The notes under the pieces: generated by a model
Databases searched by the model: none
Seen by the model: only the letters and a program-made list of their open reading frames with translations
What the model was told of the DNA's origin: nothing
Shown here: in pieces, positions 29,693 through 38,748 of the stretch
How the letters are laid out: each line of letters begins with the position of its first letter
Position numbering within the stretch: the stretch's first letter is position 1
Source of the DNA: Ruminococcaceae bacterium UBA7127
Lineage (GTDB): Bacteria; Bacillota; Clostridia; Oscillospirales; Acutalibacteraceae
NCBI GenBank assembly: GCA_002493005.1
Contig: DKXL01000029.1
Span: forward strand, 30,789 to 94,788
Reading direction: 5' to 3'
Length of the DNA stretch: 64,000 bases
Made by a program: the position numbers and the translations under genes

Positions 29693-30949
29693 ATGAACAT
29701 TACAATCGATAAAGTTTTTGGAAGAGAAATTATCGACTCAAGAGGTAACCCGACAGTCGAGGCAGAGGTTGGGTTGTCTGACGGCACATATGCAAAGGCA
29801 TCCGTACCGTCCGGTGCTTCAACAGGTGAGTTTGAAGCGGTTGAGTTAAGAGATAACGATGCCCGCTATATGGGCAAAGGCGTAACTCAGGCGGTAAATA
29901 ATATCAACAAGATAATTGCTCCTGCTTTGTGCGGAGATTCACCGTTTGACCAGTGCGCAATCGACAGCAAACTTATTGAACTTGACGGTACCAAGAACAA
30001 GCAAAAGCTTGGTGCAAACGCAATTTTGGCTGTGTCGCTTGCGTGTGCCAAGGCAGCGGCAGGGCATTTTAAGCTACCGTTGTTTAGATATATCGGAGGC
30101 AGTTTTGCCGTCAGAATGCCCGTGCCTATGATGAATATTTTAAACGGAGGCGCGCATGCTGCCAATAATATCGACATTCAGGAATTTATGATAATGCCTG
30201 TAAATGCGTGTTGTTTTTCAGAAGGGTTAAGACAATGCTGTGAAATTTATCATACATTGGGCAAAATTCTCAAAAAGAATAATATGTCAACTTCTGTCGG
30301 CGACGAGGGCGGTTATGCACCAAATCTTGATTCGGACGAGCAGGCAATCGAGCTTATTATCAAGGCAATCGATATGGCAGGCTACAGCACAAACGACATA
30401 AAGATTGCGCTTGATGCAGCTGCTTCGGAATGGTATAGTGACGGTATTTACAAATTGCCGAAAAGACGTGAAGAGCTTACAAGCGACAAACTTATTGAAT
30501 ATTTTAAGCGTTTGTCATCGCAATATCCCATAATTTCCATAGAAGACCCTTTGTCAGAACACGATTGGGAAGGCTGGACAAAAATCACCTCGGAAATCGG
30601 TTCAAAGGTTCAGCTTGTCGGTGACGATTTGTTTGTAACAAATACCAAGCGTTTAAAGCAGGGAATAGACTGCGGCGCTGCAAATGCAATTCTTATAAAA
30701 ATTAATCAAATCGGCACTCTTACGGAAACACTTGATGCAATAGATACCGCCCACAAAGCAGGGTATAAGACTGTTATATCGCACAGAAGCGGAGAAACCG
30801 AGGACACAACCATTGCCGATCTCGCTGTTGCGGTCAATTCGGGTCAAATAAAAACAGGTGCGCCGTGCCGAACTGACAGAGTAGCAAAATACAACAGACT
30901 TTTGCGCATAGAAAGCGAGATAGTAAATACTTCGCAATACGGAATTTAG
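29693..30949 (+). CDS. eno: Enolase
   Basis: [44 protein letters not shown]. Confidence 0.95.
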   Translation: MNITIDKVFGREIIDSRGNPTVEAEVGLSDGTYAKASVPSGASTGEFEAVELRDNDARYMGKGVTQAVNNINKIIAPALCGDSPFDQCAIDSKLIELDGTKNKQKLGANAILAVSLACAKAAAGHFKLPLFRYIGGSFAVRMPVPMMNILNGGAHAANNIDIQEFMIMPVNACCFSEGLRQCCEIYHTLGKILKKNNMSTSVGDEGGYAPNLDSDEQAIELIIKAIDMAGYSTNDIKIALDAAASEWYSDGIYKLPKRREELTSDKLIEYFKRLSSQYPIISIEDPLSEHDWEGWTKITSEIGSKVQLVGDDLFVTNTKRLKQGIDCGAANAILIKINQIGTLTETLDAIDTAHKAGYKTVISHRSGETEDTTIADLAVAVNSGQIKTGAPCRTDRVAKYNRLLRIESEIVNTSQYGI

Positions 30950-30959
30950 TATAAACTGA

Positions 30960-30991
30960 CTTGAGGACAGTTTAATAAAGCTGTCCTCAAG
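30960..30991 (+). terminator. Terminator after eno
   Basis: CTTGAGGACAG..CTGTCCTCAAG. Confidence 0.65.
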
Positions 30992-31224
30992 CTTTATAAT
31001 AAGCGGGCTTTTAAAAATTGCTGATTTTATGGAAGAATATGTAAATATTTCTTACATGTCGATAAATGACAAAAGTGTATTCGGCATAATGCACATAAAA
31101 ACAGATAAAAATTCTACAATTTAAAAGCGCTCTTTACTACATTAATTCATTAACGGAATTAAAATTGATGTAAATATATGATAAAATTATACAATGAAAT
31201 GCTAATAGTCAGGAGGCATTTTTA

Positions 31225-34083
31225 TTGGTTTTTAAAAGGATTATCACAGGAGTAATGGCAGCAATTATGATGACAGGTATGTGTATTTCCAATGCTTCGG
31301 CAGCAACAAAGAATAAACAACAGGACTATCAGACCTATGCAAAAAACCTTGATAAAACTACATATTCAGGTAGTGATCTCGGTGCAACCTACAGCAAAAA
31401 AGCGACTACTTTCAAGGTTTGGTCGCCGAAAGCGTCAAGTGTTAAGGTAAATATTTTTGAGCACGGCAGCGACGATGAGGGAGATGCCGGTTCAATTTCA
31501 TCAAAAGCACTTGTTTTGGACAAAAAAACAGGAGTTTGGTCTACTACAATGAATGGTGACCTCAAAAATAAATATTACACCTATACTGTAAAGCATGGTA
31601 AAACAGCCAAGGAAACTGCTGATATTTATGCAAAGGCTTGCGGTGTAAACGGCAAGCGCAGTATGATTGTAGACCTTTCCTCTACCAATCCAAAGGGTTG
31701 GGAAGACGACAAGCATGTTCTTGTTTCAAATCAAACCTCAGCTTCGGTGTGGGAAGTATCTGTCGCAGATTTTTCTTCGTCGGAGTCAAGCGGAGTTTCA
31801 GAGAAATACAGGGGTAAGTTTATGGCTTTTACCGAGAACGGAACAACCGTAAACGGAGTTCAGGGTGCAGCCCCGACCTGTGTTGATTATCTCAAAAAGC
31901 TCGGTGTTAAATATGTTCAGATTATGCCGTTCTATGACTTTGGTTCAGTTGATGAGAGCAAGGACATAATGGAGCAGTATAACTGGGGTTATGACCCTGT
32001 CAACTACAACTGTCCTGAGGGCTCATATTCGACAAATCCATACAAGGGTGAAGTCAGAATCAAGGAATGCAAGCAGATGATACAGGCACTCCATAATGCA
32101 GGCATAGGCGTTATTATGGATGTTGTTTACAATCATACCTACTCAACTGACTCTGCTTTTCAGGCAACCGTACCTAATTATTATTACAGAATGAATGATG
32201 ACGGTACATTCTCAAACGGTTCGGGATGCAGCAATGACACAGCGTCAGAGCACGCTATGTTCCGCAAGTTTATGCGTGACTCTGTAACCTATTGGGCAAA
32301 GGAATATCACATTGACGGTTTCCGCTTTGATCTTATGGGACTTCATGATGTTCATACAATGAACAGTATTCGTAATGATCTTGATAATCTCTACGCTGAC
32401 GGCAGCGGACAAAAAATAATTATGTACGGCGAAGCGTGGGATATGCCGACTAAGTGCGACGACGGCACTGTAATGGCAAATCAAAACAACCTCAAGAAGC
32501 TCAATTCACGTATCGGCGCATTTGACGATACAATTCGCGATGCAATCAAGGGCAGTAACGCAGGAACAGACAAGGGTTTTGTTCAGGAGGGTTCAAAGCG
32601 TGCCGCGCTGAAAACCGGAATTGCAGGTCAGTCTGACACAATTTCAGGCTGGGCAAAAGCTCCGTCGCAGTGTGTAACTTATACTTCCTGTCATGACAAT
32701 CTCTGCCTTTATGACAAACTTGTCGATTCGGTATACGGCAAAGACAGCGAATACCGCAAGCGTTATGAGGATCTTGTTAAGATGAATAAACTTGCAGGCG
32801 CAATAGTTATCACCTCACAGGGTATTCCGTTTATGATGGCAGGCGAGGAGTTTGCACGCAGTAAGGACGGCGATGAGAACTCATATGCTTCAAGCAGAAC
32901 AGAAAATATGATTGATTGGCAGAATGTCGATAACTATTCGGACATTATTGAGTATTATCGCGGATTATATAAAATACGCGATGCATTTGCGGCTTTTTCG
33001 GACTGCACTGCAATGACAGCCAACAACATTTCTTATATTCAGGATCCACCAAAGGGCGTTATGGGCTATGTGCTCAATAATACCGAGGATGATAAATGGA
33101 ACAAGGTATGTGTGATCTTTAACGGCAGTGAGTCTGCCCAAGACATGACTGTAAAGGGCGATTGGGTAGTAATTGCCGATAACGAAAGTGCCGGTTTGCG
33201 CAACATCAAAAACATTACCGACACTGTAACTGTTGAGGCTCATTCAGCAGTCATTATGGTTGATACAGCAGGATATGACGCTGCGGGAATTTCTGACAGC
33301 GAGGGTATCGTAAAAGTAAATTATTATGATAACAAGACAAATAAGCTCATCAAAAAACAGGTTTTGTCAGGTGAGCTTGGTTCAACCTATAATGTTACAA
33401 CACTTGCTTCATCGGTAAATTATGATGTTAAAAAAGCTGAGGGCGATTCTCAGGGAATTTTTTCCGACCAGATTCTTACTGCTGATGTATATGTTGAAGA
33501 ATACAGCGGAGAACTGGCGACGGTTACATTTAAGTTTGTTGATGAAGAAAGCGGTGCTGAGCTTGAGGATGCGTACCGCATAAGAAACAGAATGGGACAG
33601 CAGTATTTTACCCCTGAAATTCCGACAATTAACGGATACAAACTTATGCTTGACAAACTTCCGGGTAACGGTGCAGGCAAATTTAATTCAAAGAACACCA
33701 TTGTAACTTACAATTATGCCCGCATCACTGATAAAAAGGAAAAATCAACCTGCACAGTGAATGCTGTTTATATGGATGACTCCGGAAATATAATCGAAAC
33801 AAAGACTATAACCGGAAAAGAAGGTGAGGAGTATGTTCTTCCCGAGAATGAGTACGAGGAAAAGCATCTTACTGAGGTGTCTGAGAATTCATACGGCAAA
33901 TTTAAAAAAGGCGAAATCAACGTTATTTTCAGTTACTCATCCACTCCGGATCCATTCAAAGAAATGTTGGTTTACGTTGGTATAGGTACAGCTGTTATAA
34001 TTGCACTGTGCTTTGGTTCAATGATTTATTCAAAAATTCAGCGCAAGCGCAGATATTGTGCCGCAATGGATATTGATGAATAA
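31225..34083 (+). CDS. Secreted, membrane-anchored type I pullulanase (CBM48-GH13, MucBP-like repeats, C-terminal TM)
   Basis: Signal peptide; YNWGYDP, DVVYNH, GFRFDLMG, GEAW, CHDN; C-terminal TM followed by a basic tail. Confidence 0.92.
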   Translation: MVFKRIITGVMAAIMMTGMCISNASAATKNKQQDYQTYAKNLDKTTYSGSDLGATYSKKATTFKVWSPKASSVKVNIFEHGSDDEGDAGSISSKALVLDKKTGVWSTTMNGDLKNKYYTYTVKHGKTAKETADIYAKACGVNGKRSMIVDLSSTNPKGWEDDKHVLVSNQTSASVWEVSVADFSSSESSGVSEKYRGKFMAFTENGTTVNGVQGAAPTCVDYLKKLGVKYVQIMPFYDFGSVDESKDIMEQYNWGYDPVNYNCPEGSYSTNPYKGEVRIKECKQMIQALHNAGIGVIMDVVYNHTYSTDSAFQATVPNYYYRMNDDGTFSNGSGCSNDTASEHAMFRKFMRDSVTYWAKEYHIDGFRFDLMGLHDVHTMNSIRNDLDNLYADGSGQKIIMYGEAWDMPTKCDDGTVMANQNNLKKLNSRIGAFDDTIRDAIKGSNAGTDKGFVQEGSKRAALKTGIAGQSDTISGWAKAPSQCVTYTSCHDNLCLYDKLVDSVYGKDSEYRKRYEDLVKMNKLAGAIVITSQGIPFMMAGEEFARSKDGDENSYASSRTENMIDWQNVDNYSDIIEYYRGLYKIRDAFAAFSDCTAMTANNISYIQDPPKGVMGYVLNNTEDDKWNKVCVIFNGSESAQDMTVKGDWVVIADNESAGLRNIKNITDTVTVEAHSAVIMVDTAGYDAAGISDSEGIVKVNYYDNKTNKLIKKQVLSGELGSTYNVTTLASSVNYDVKKAEGDSQGIFSDQILTADVYVEEYSGELATVTFKFVDEESGAELEDAYRIRNRMGQQYFTPEIPTINGYKLMLDKLPGNGAGKFNSKNTIVTYNYARITDKKEKSTCTVNAVYMDDSGNIIETKTITGKEGEEYVLPENEYEEKHLTEVSENSYGKFKKGEINVIFSYSSTPDPFKEMLVYVGIGTAVIIALCFGSMIYSKIQRKRRYCAAMDIDE

Positions 34084-34144
34084 TTTTGGTAGTTATTTCC
34101 GCGCATTGCGGAATAATATAGAAAAATAAGGAGGAATATTATCT

Positions 34145-37100
34145 ATGAGAACTACAAAGAAAATTGTTTCTGCTGTTCTTGCTGTTTGTATGCTTGCCTC
34201 AACAAGTGTTGTATCAAGTTTTGCTGCAACTGTCAATGATGATGATATGGTTGGTATTACAACGCCGTATTCAACTGCTTGTGAAGCGCTTGACAAAGAA
34301 TATGCTTACAGCGGAAATGACCTTGGTGCTACCTACGCACCCGAAAAGACTACCTTTAAGGTATGGTCACCAACTGCAACAGAAGTAAAACTTAACCTTT
34401 ATGCAACAGGTTCAGATGCTGAAGAAGGTGCAAAAGACCTTGGTGTATTTGACCTTGAAAAGGTTATGGACGGTGAAAAGTTTACAGGTGTTTGGGCTGT
34501 AACTGTTGACGGCGACCTTAAGAATGTATATTATACATATTCAATTACAGCTGCTCCTACTACAGGCGGCAATGCTGTAAAGAGAGAAACACAGGACATC
34601 AACTCTGTTGCAACCGGTGTAAACGGCAACAGATCAATGGTTTGTGACCTTGATTCAACTGACCCTAAAGGCTGGGAGAATGATAAGCATGTTCTTCTTG
34701 ATGATGTAACAGCTTCATCAGTTTGGGAACTCCACGTTAAGGACTTCTCATATGATCCTGCATCAGGTGTATCTGAAGCAAACAGAGGCAAATTCCTTGC
34801 CTTTACAGAAACAGGAACAACTCTTAACGGTGAGGGCGACTTTGCTACTTGTATTGATTATCTCAAGGAGCTTGGCATTACCACTGTTCAAATTAATCCT
34901 TTCTATGATTTCCAGTCAATCAATGAGGCTGGCTCAGACGCTCAGTTTAACTGGGGATATGATCCGCAGAACTACAATGTCCCCGAGGGTTCATATTCTT
35001 CAAATCCATATGACGGTAACGTAAGAATTACTGAGTGTAAGCAAATGATTCAGGCACTTCACAATGCCGGCATTTCAGTTGTAATGGACGTTGTTTACAA
35101 CCATACATATTCAACTGATTCTTGCTTCCAGAAAACAGTACCTAACTACTACTACAGAATGACAAAGTCATCAACATTCTCTAACGGTTCAGGTTGCGGC
35201 AACGAATGTGCAACAGAGCGTGCAATGTACAGACAGTTCCTTGTTAACTCTTGCCGTTATTGGGTAGACGAGTACCACGTTGACGGTTTCCGTTTCGACC
35301 TTATGGGTCTTATGGACTGCGAGGCAATGAACGAAATCAGAGCAAACCTTGACGAAGTTAGCGAGAACATCTCTATGTGGGGTGAAGGCTGGACAGGCGG
35401 AACATCAACTGCTCCTACTTATACCTGCACAGGTGAGAGATATTACCCTGCAACCCAGGCTAATGCTGCAAAAGTTAACTCAAGAGTTGGCTTCTTTAAC
35501 GATGCTATTCGTGATGCGGTTAAGGGCAGCGTATTTGAAACAACAGGTAAGGGCTTTATCCAGGGCGCAAAGAGCGTTGATAACATCAAGGGTCTTTACT
35601 ATGGTATTACTGCAAATACTACTAAGAATAAGTGGCAGGCTTTGGCTCCTGAGCAGTGTGTAACTTATGCTGCATGCCACGACAATGCAACTCTTTATGA
35701 CAGAATTATTGCATCAACAGGTATGGCTGATTACACCAAGAGATACACAGATGCAGTAAAGATGAATAAACTCGCAGGTGCAATTCTTTATACATCACAG
35801 GGTGTTACATTTACACTTGCAGGTGAAGAAATGTGCCGTACTAAGGAAGGCGACGAGAACAGCTACAAGTCATCACCGCTCATTAATATGATAAAGTGGC
35901 AGAATGTAGTTGACTATGCTGACGTTATTTCTTACTATAAGGGTCTTAACAAGATTAAGGCTAACTTCTCACCATTTACCTGCGACGACTCAACATATTC
36001 AAATTACACAACATTCAATGTTACAAATAATCTTTCTGTTCCGTCAGATTTATTCTCATTCACAGTAACAAATGATACACCGGGTGAGTGGAACAAAATG
36101 GCTGTTATCTACAACGGCGGAGCTAAAGAGCAGAGCGTTACTCTTTCTGACAAGTCAGTTACAGACTGGGTTGTAATTGCTAATAATGAGTCAGCAGGCG
36201 TTGATAAGCTCGGTGAGGTTACAGGCTCAAGATTTACTGTTCCTGCTCGCAGTGCACTTATCGCAGTTGATAAGGCAGGCTTTGAGGCTGCTGCTATTGA
36301 ATCAACAACAGGTAAGGTAAAGGTTAACTTTGTTTATGAGCCGACAGGCGAAAAGCTTGAGGATTCTGTTGTTTTACAGGGCGAAATCGGTACTAACTAC
36401 AAGACCGTACCAAGTCCGGGAATCCCTGACACATATGTACTCAACAGCGTTGAGGGCGTAGAAACAGGCAAGTATTCGTCAGATATGGCTGAGGTTACAT
36501 ACAAGTATGTTGACTATGTTCCGGAATCAATGACTAAGGCTGATTTTAACCGTGACGGAATTATTGACGCCAAAGATGTTACAGAGTATCAGAAGTATCT
36601 CGCAGAAATGGTTACATTTGACGAAGATCTTGAAGCTATTGCAGACCTTTCATATGACGGCATTAAGAACGTTCAGGATGCAACAATGCTTTCAAAGCAC
36701 ATTGCAGAACTTCCTGTATCTTCCGGTACAGTTACAATTAACTACTACTACACAGATGCCTCAGGTGTACAAAAGAAGCTTGATGATTCAATCGTAATCA
36801 ATGGCAAGGTTGGCACACCGTATACTTCTGAGAAGTTTAAGGTTGTTGGCTATGATGTTGATCCCGACAGAGTTCCCGATAATGCTGAAGGCGTAATTCC
36901 TTACGGCAGCATCAACGTAGATTACTATTACGTTCCGTCAAGTCTTGATATTAACATCCATGTTAAGCACAATGGTAGCCTTAAGTGGGCGCCAACACTT
37001 TGGATTTGGGGTTCAGATCTTGGTGGAAAGGATTCTGGCAACTTTACAGGCGGCACAGCTGCAAAATGGCCGGGCGTTACTATTGCTGACGAAGACGGCG

Positions 37101-37327
37101 ACGGCTGGTTCGAGTATAACTTCACATATGAAGGTGCCGGCACATACAATGTAATTGTATCAAACAACGGTTCTACTAAGACTTCTGACTACAAGGGATT
37201 TGTTGAAAATGATCTGTGGATTGTAATTAACGATTCAGCAGTTTCAGGTGGAACATATCTCAGCTGCTATGCAGAAAATCCTGACCTTAACCCGGATGCA
37301 GTAGAAACATCTTACAGAATAGGTTAA
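34145..37327 (+). CDS. Dockerin-bearing type I pullulanase (CBM48-GH13-MucBP-dockerin-MucBP-starch CBM), R. bromii Amy12-like
   Basis: Signal peptide; FNWGYDP, GFRFDLMG, GEGW, CHDN; dockerin loops DFNRDGIIDAKD and DLSYDGIKNVQD; C-terminal W..LWIW..WPG..DGWF. Confidence 0.92.
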   Translation: MRTTKKIVSAVLAVCMLASTSVVSSFAATVNDDDMVGITTPYSTACEALDKEYAYSGNDLGATYAPEKTTFKVWSPTATEVKLNLYATGSDAEEGAKDLGVFDLEKVMDGEKFTGVWAVTVDGDLKNVYYTYSITAAPTTGGNAVKRETQDINSVATGVNGNRSMVCDLDSTDPKGWENDKHVLLDDVTASSVWELHVKDFSYDPASGVSEANRGKFLAFTETGTTLNGEGDFATCIDYLKELGITTVQINPFYDFQSINEAGSDAQFNWGYDPQNYNVPEGSYSSNPYDGNVRITECKQMIQALHNAGISVVMDVVYNHTYSTDSCFQKTVPNYYYRMTKSSTFSNGSGCGNECATERAMYRQFLVNSCRYWVDEYHVDGFRFDLMGLMDCEAMNEIRANLDEVSENISMWGEGWTGGTSTAPTYTCTGERYYPATQANAAKVNSRVGFFNDAIRDAVKGSVFETTGKGFIQGAKSVDNIKGLYYGITANTTKNKWQALAPEQCVTYAACHDNATLYDRIIASTGMADYTKRYTDAVKMNKLAGAILYTSQGVTFTLAGEEMCRTKEGDENSYKSSPLINMIKWQNVVDYADVISYYKGLNKIKANFSPFTCDDSTYSNYTTFNVTNNLSVPSDLFSFTVTNDTPGEWNKMAVIYNGGAKEQSVTLSDKSVTDWVVIANNESAGVDKLGEVTGSRFTVPARSALIAVDKAGFEAAAIESTTGKVKVNFVYEPTGEKLEDSVVLQGEIGTNYKTVPSPGIPDTYVLNSVEGVETGKYSSDMAEVTYKYVDYVPESMTKADFNRDGIIDAKDVTEYQKYLAEMVTFDEDLEAIADLSYDGIKNVQDATMLSKHIAELPVSSGTVTINYYYTDASGVQKKLDDSIVINGKVGTPYTSEKFKVVGYDVDPDRVPDNAEGVIPYGSINVDYYYVPSSLDINIHVKHNGSLKWAPTLWIWGSDLGGKDSGNFTGGTAAKWPGVTIADEDGDGWFEYNFTYEGAGTYNVIVSNNGSTKTSDYKGFVENDLWIVINDSAVSGGTYLSCYAENPDLNPDAVETSYRIG

Positions 37328-37360
37328 TGAGTTTAGATTTATCGTAAAACTTTATAACGC

Positions 37361-37397
37361 AATAAAGGAAGCCCTTTTTAAAGGGCTTCCTTATTTT
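37361..37397 (+). terminator. Terminator of the pullulanase pair
   Basis: AAGGAAGCCCTT..AAGGGCTTCCTTATTTT. Confidence 0.75.
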
Positions 37398-37525
37398 CTC
37401 TTTATAGGGAAATTCAGAAGTTGGGGCGATTATTATACTAATCTCTAATAAAAAGTAAACAAAACGTATTGCGGGCAGTGTCATGCCGCCAAACTGTAAG
37501 CGACGACACGTTGTCGTTACAACGT

Positions 37526-38719
37526 TTATTCAATCAAGCCGATGTCCTGTTTCCACTTTAAAATGCGTTTAACCGATTGGTCAATCTGTCTTTCGGGAAT
37601 TTCACCGTTTTGAACAGCCTGCAAAACAGCAGGATACTGTACATCAATATCCGAACAGCAGAGAATGTCATTACCGCATTTTGCTGCAAATACTGCGGCG
37701 GAATCAGTGCCTGTGTATTCTGTGATTGCGCTCATGGCTAAATCATCAGTCATTATTACACCGTTAAATCCCAGTTCGTTGCGGATTATATTATGCACGT
37801 TACTTGAAAGAGAAGCAGGGTGCTTGCTGTCCATACAGTCTACAATATTGTGCGACACAAGTATACAATCTGCGCCGGAGTCAATGCCTGATATAAACGG
37901 TTTGAAGTCGGCGGCTTCAAACTCGGAATACTCACGGTTATCATAAGCTATGCCTGTGTGTGTATCCTCGTTGTTGCCATAACCCGGAAAATGCTTGAGC
38001 ACAGTTCCTAGCTTTTTTGCCTTGCTGATTTCTACAACAGTCTTGACGAATTTACATTCGTAGTCAACATTTGGACTAAATGATCTGTAATACATAAAAG
38101 CATCAGGGTCGGACGTTATGTCGCAGTCGGGAGCCATATTGACGTTTATCCCAAGCGACAATAGTAAATCTGCCTTTTCGGTTGCATCTGATTTAATCGC
38201 ATCCCAGCCGCCTAAAGCATATGTGTCACTCGGGGAGAGAAACGGCTCGTCACGAAGATTTGGATTTGAGCTTACACGGACTACAGTACCACCTTCCTCG
38301 TCCACGCCGATAAGCAGAGGTATCTCAGCGGCTGACTGATAGCTTTTTATGTTGTCTGTAATCTCATCTTTTGTCTTGCCCTCAAAATCACGGCCGAATA
38401 AGATATAGCCGCCCAAATGATATTTAGAAACGGTTTCGACTGCGTCTATGTCAGGACAGCGTACATAGAACATCTGACCGACCTTTTCTTCAACAGTCAT
38501 CTTGTCTATTATATCGTCAAGTTTTTGATTGTTAATTTCTTCCGGTGACTGAGTTGTCGGAGGAACGGTTGTTTCGTGAGCAGGTGCCTTTGTTGTTTGT
38601 AAAACAGTCTGTTTTGCAGTCGATTCAATTTGAGAATTGTCACTTGCACAACCGTAAAGCGATGAAGCAATGAGAGCGACCGTAATAGCCGAAATAATTA
38701 TTTTTTTAAAAACTTTCAT
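37526..38719 (-). CDS. GH3 beta-N-acetylhexosaminidase-like lipoprotein
   Basis: Lipobox LYGC, T/P-rich linker, DEEGGTVVR, KHFPGYG..DTH, MTDDL. Confidence 0.88.
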   Translation of the reverse strand: MKVFKKIIISAITVALIASSLYGCASDNSQIESTAKQTVLQTTKAPAHETTVPPTTQSPEEINNQKLDDIIDKMTVEEKVGQMFYVRCPDIDAVETVSKYHLGGYILFGRDFEGKTKDEITDNIKSYQSAAEIPLLIGVDEEGGTVVRVSSNPNLRDEPFLSPSDTYALGGWDAIKSDATEKADLLLSLGINVNMAPDCDITSDPDAFMYYRSFSPNVDYECKFVKTVVEISKAKKLGTVLKHFPGYGNNEDTHTGIAYDNREYSEFEAADFKPFISGIDSGADCILVSHNIVDCMDSKHPASLSSNVHNIIRNELGFNGVIMTDDLAMSAITEYTGTDSAAVFAAKCGNDILCCSDIDVQYPAVLQAVQNGEIPERQIDQSVKRILKWKQDIGLIE

Positions 38720-38748
38720 ATTTTGTTCCTTAAAAAAGTGATTGGTTA

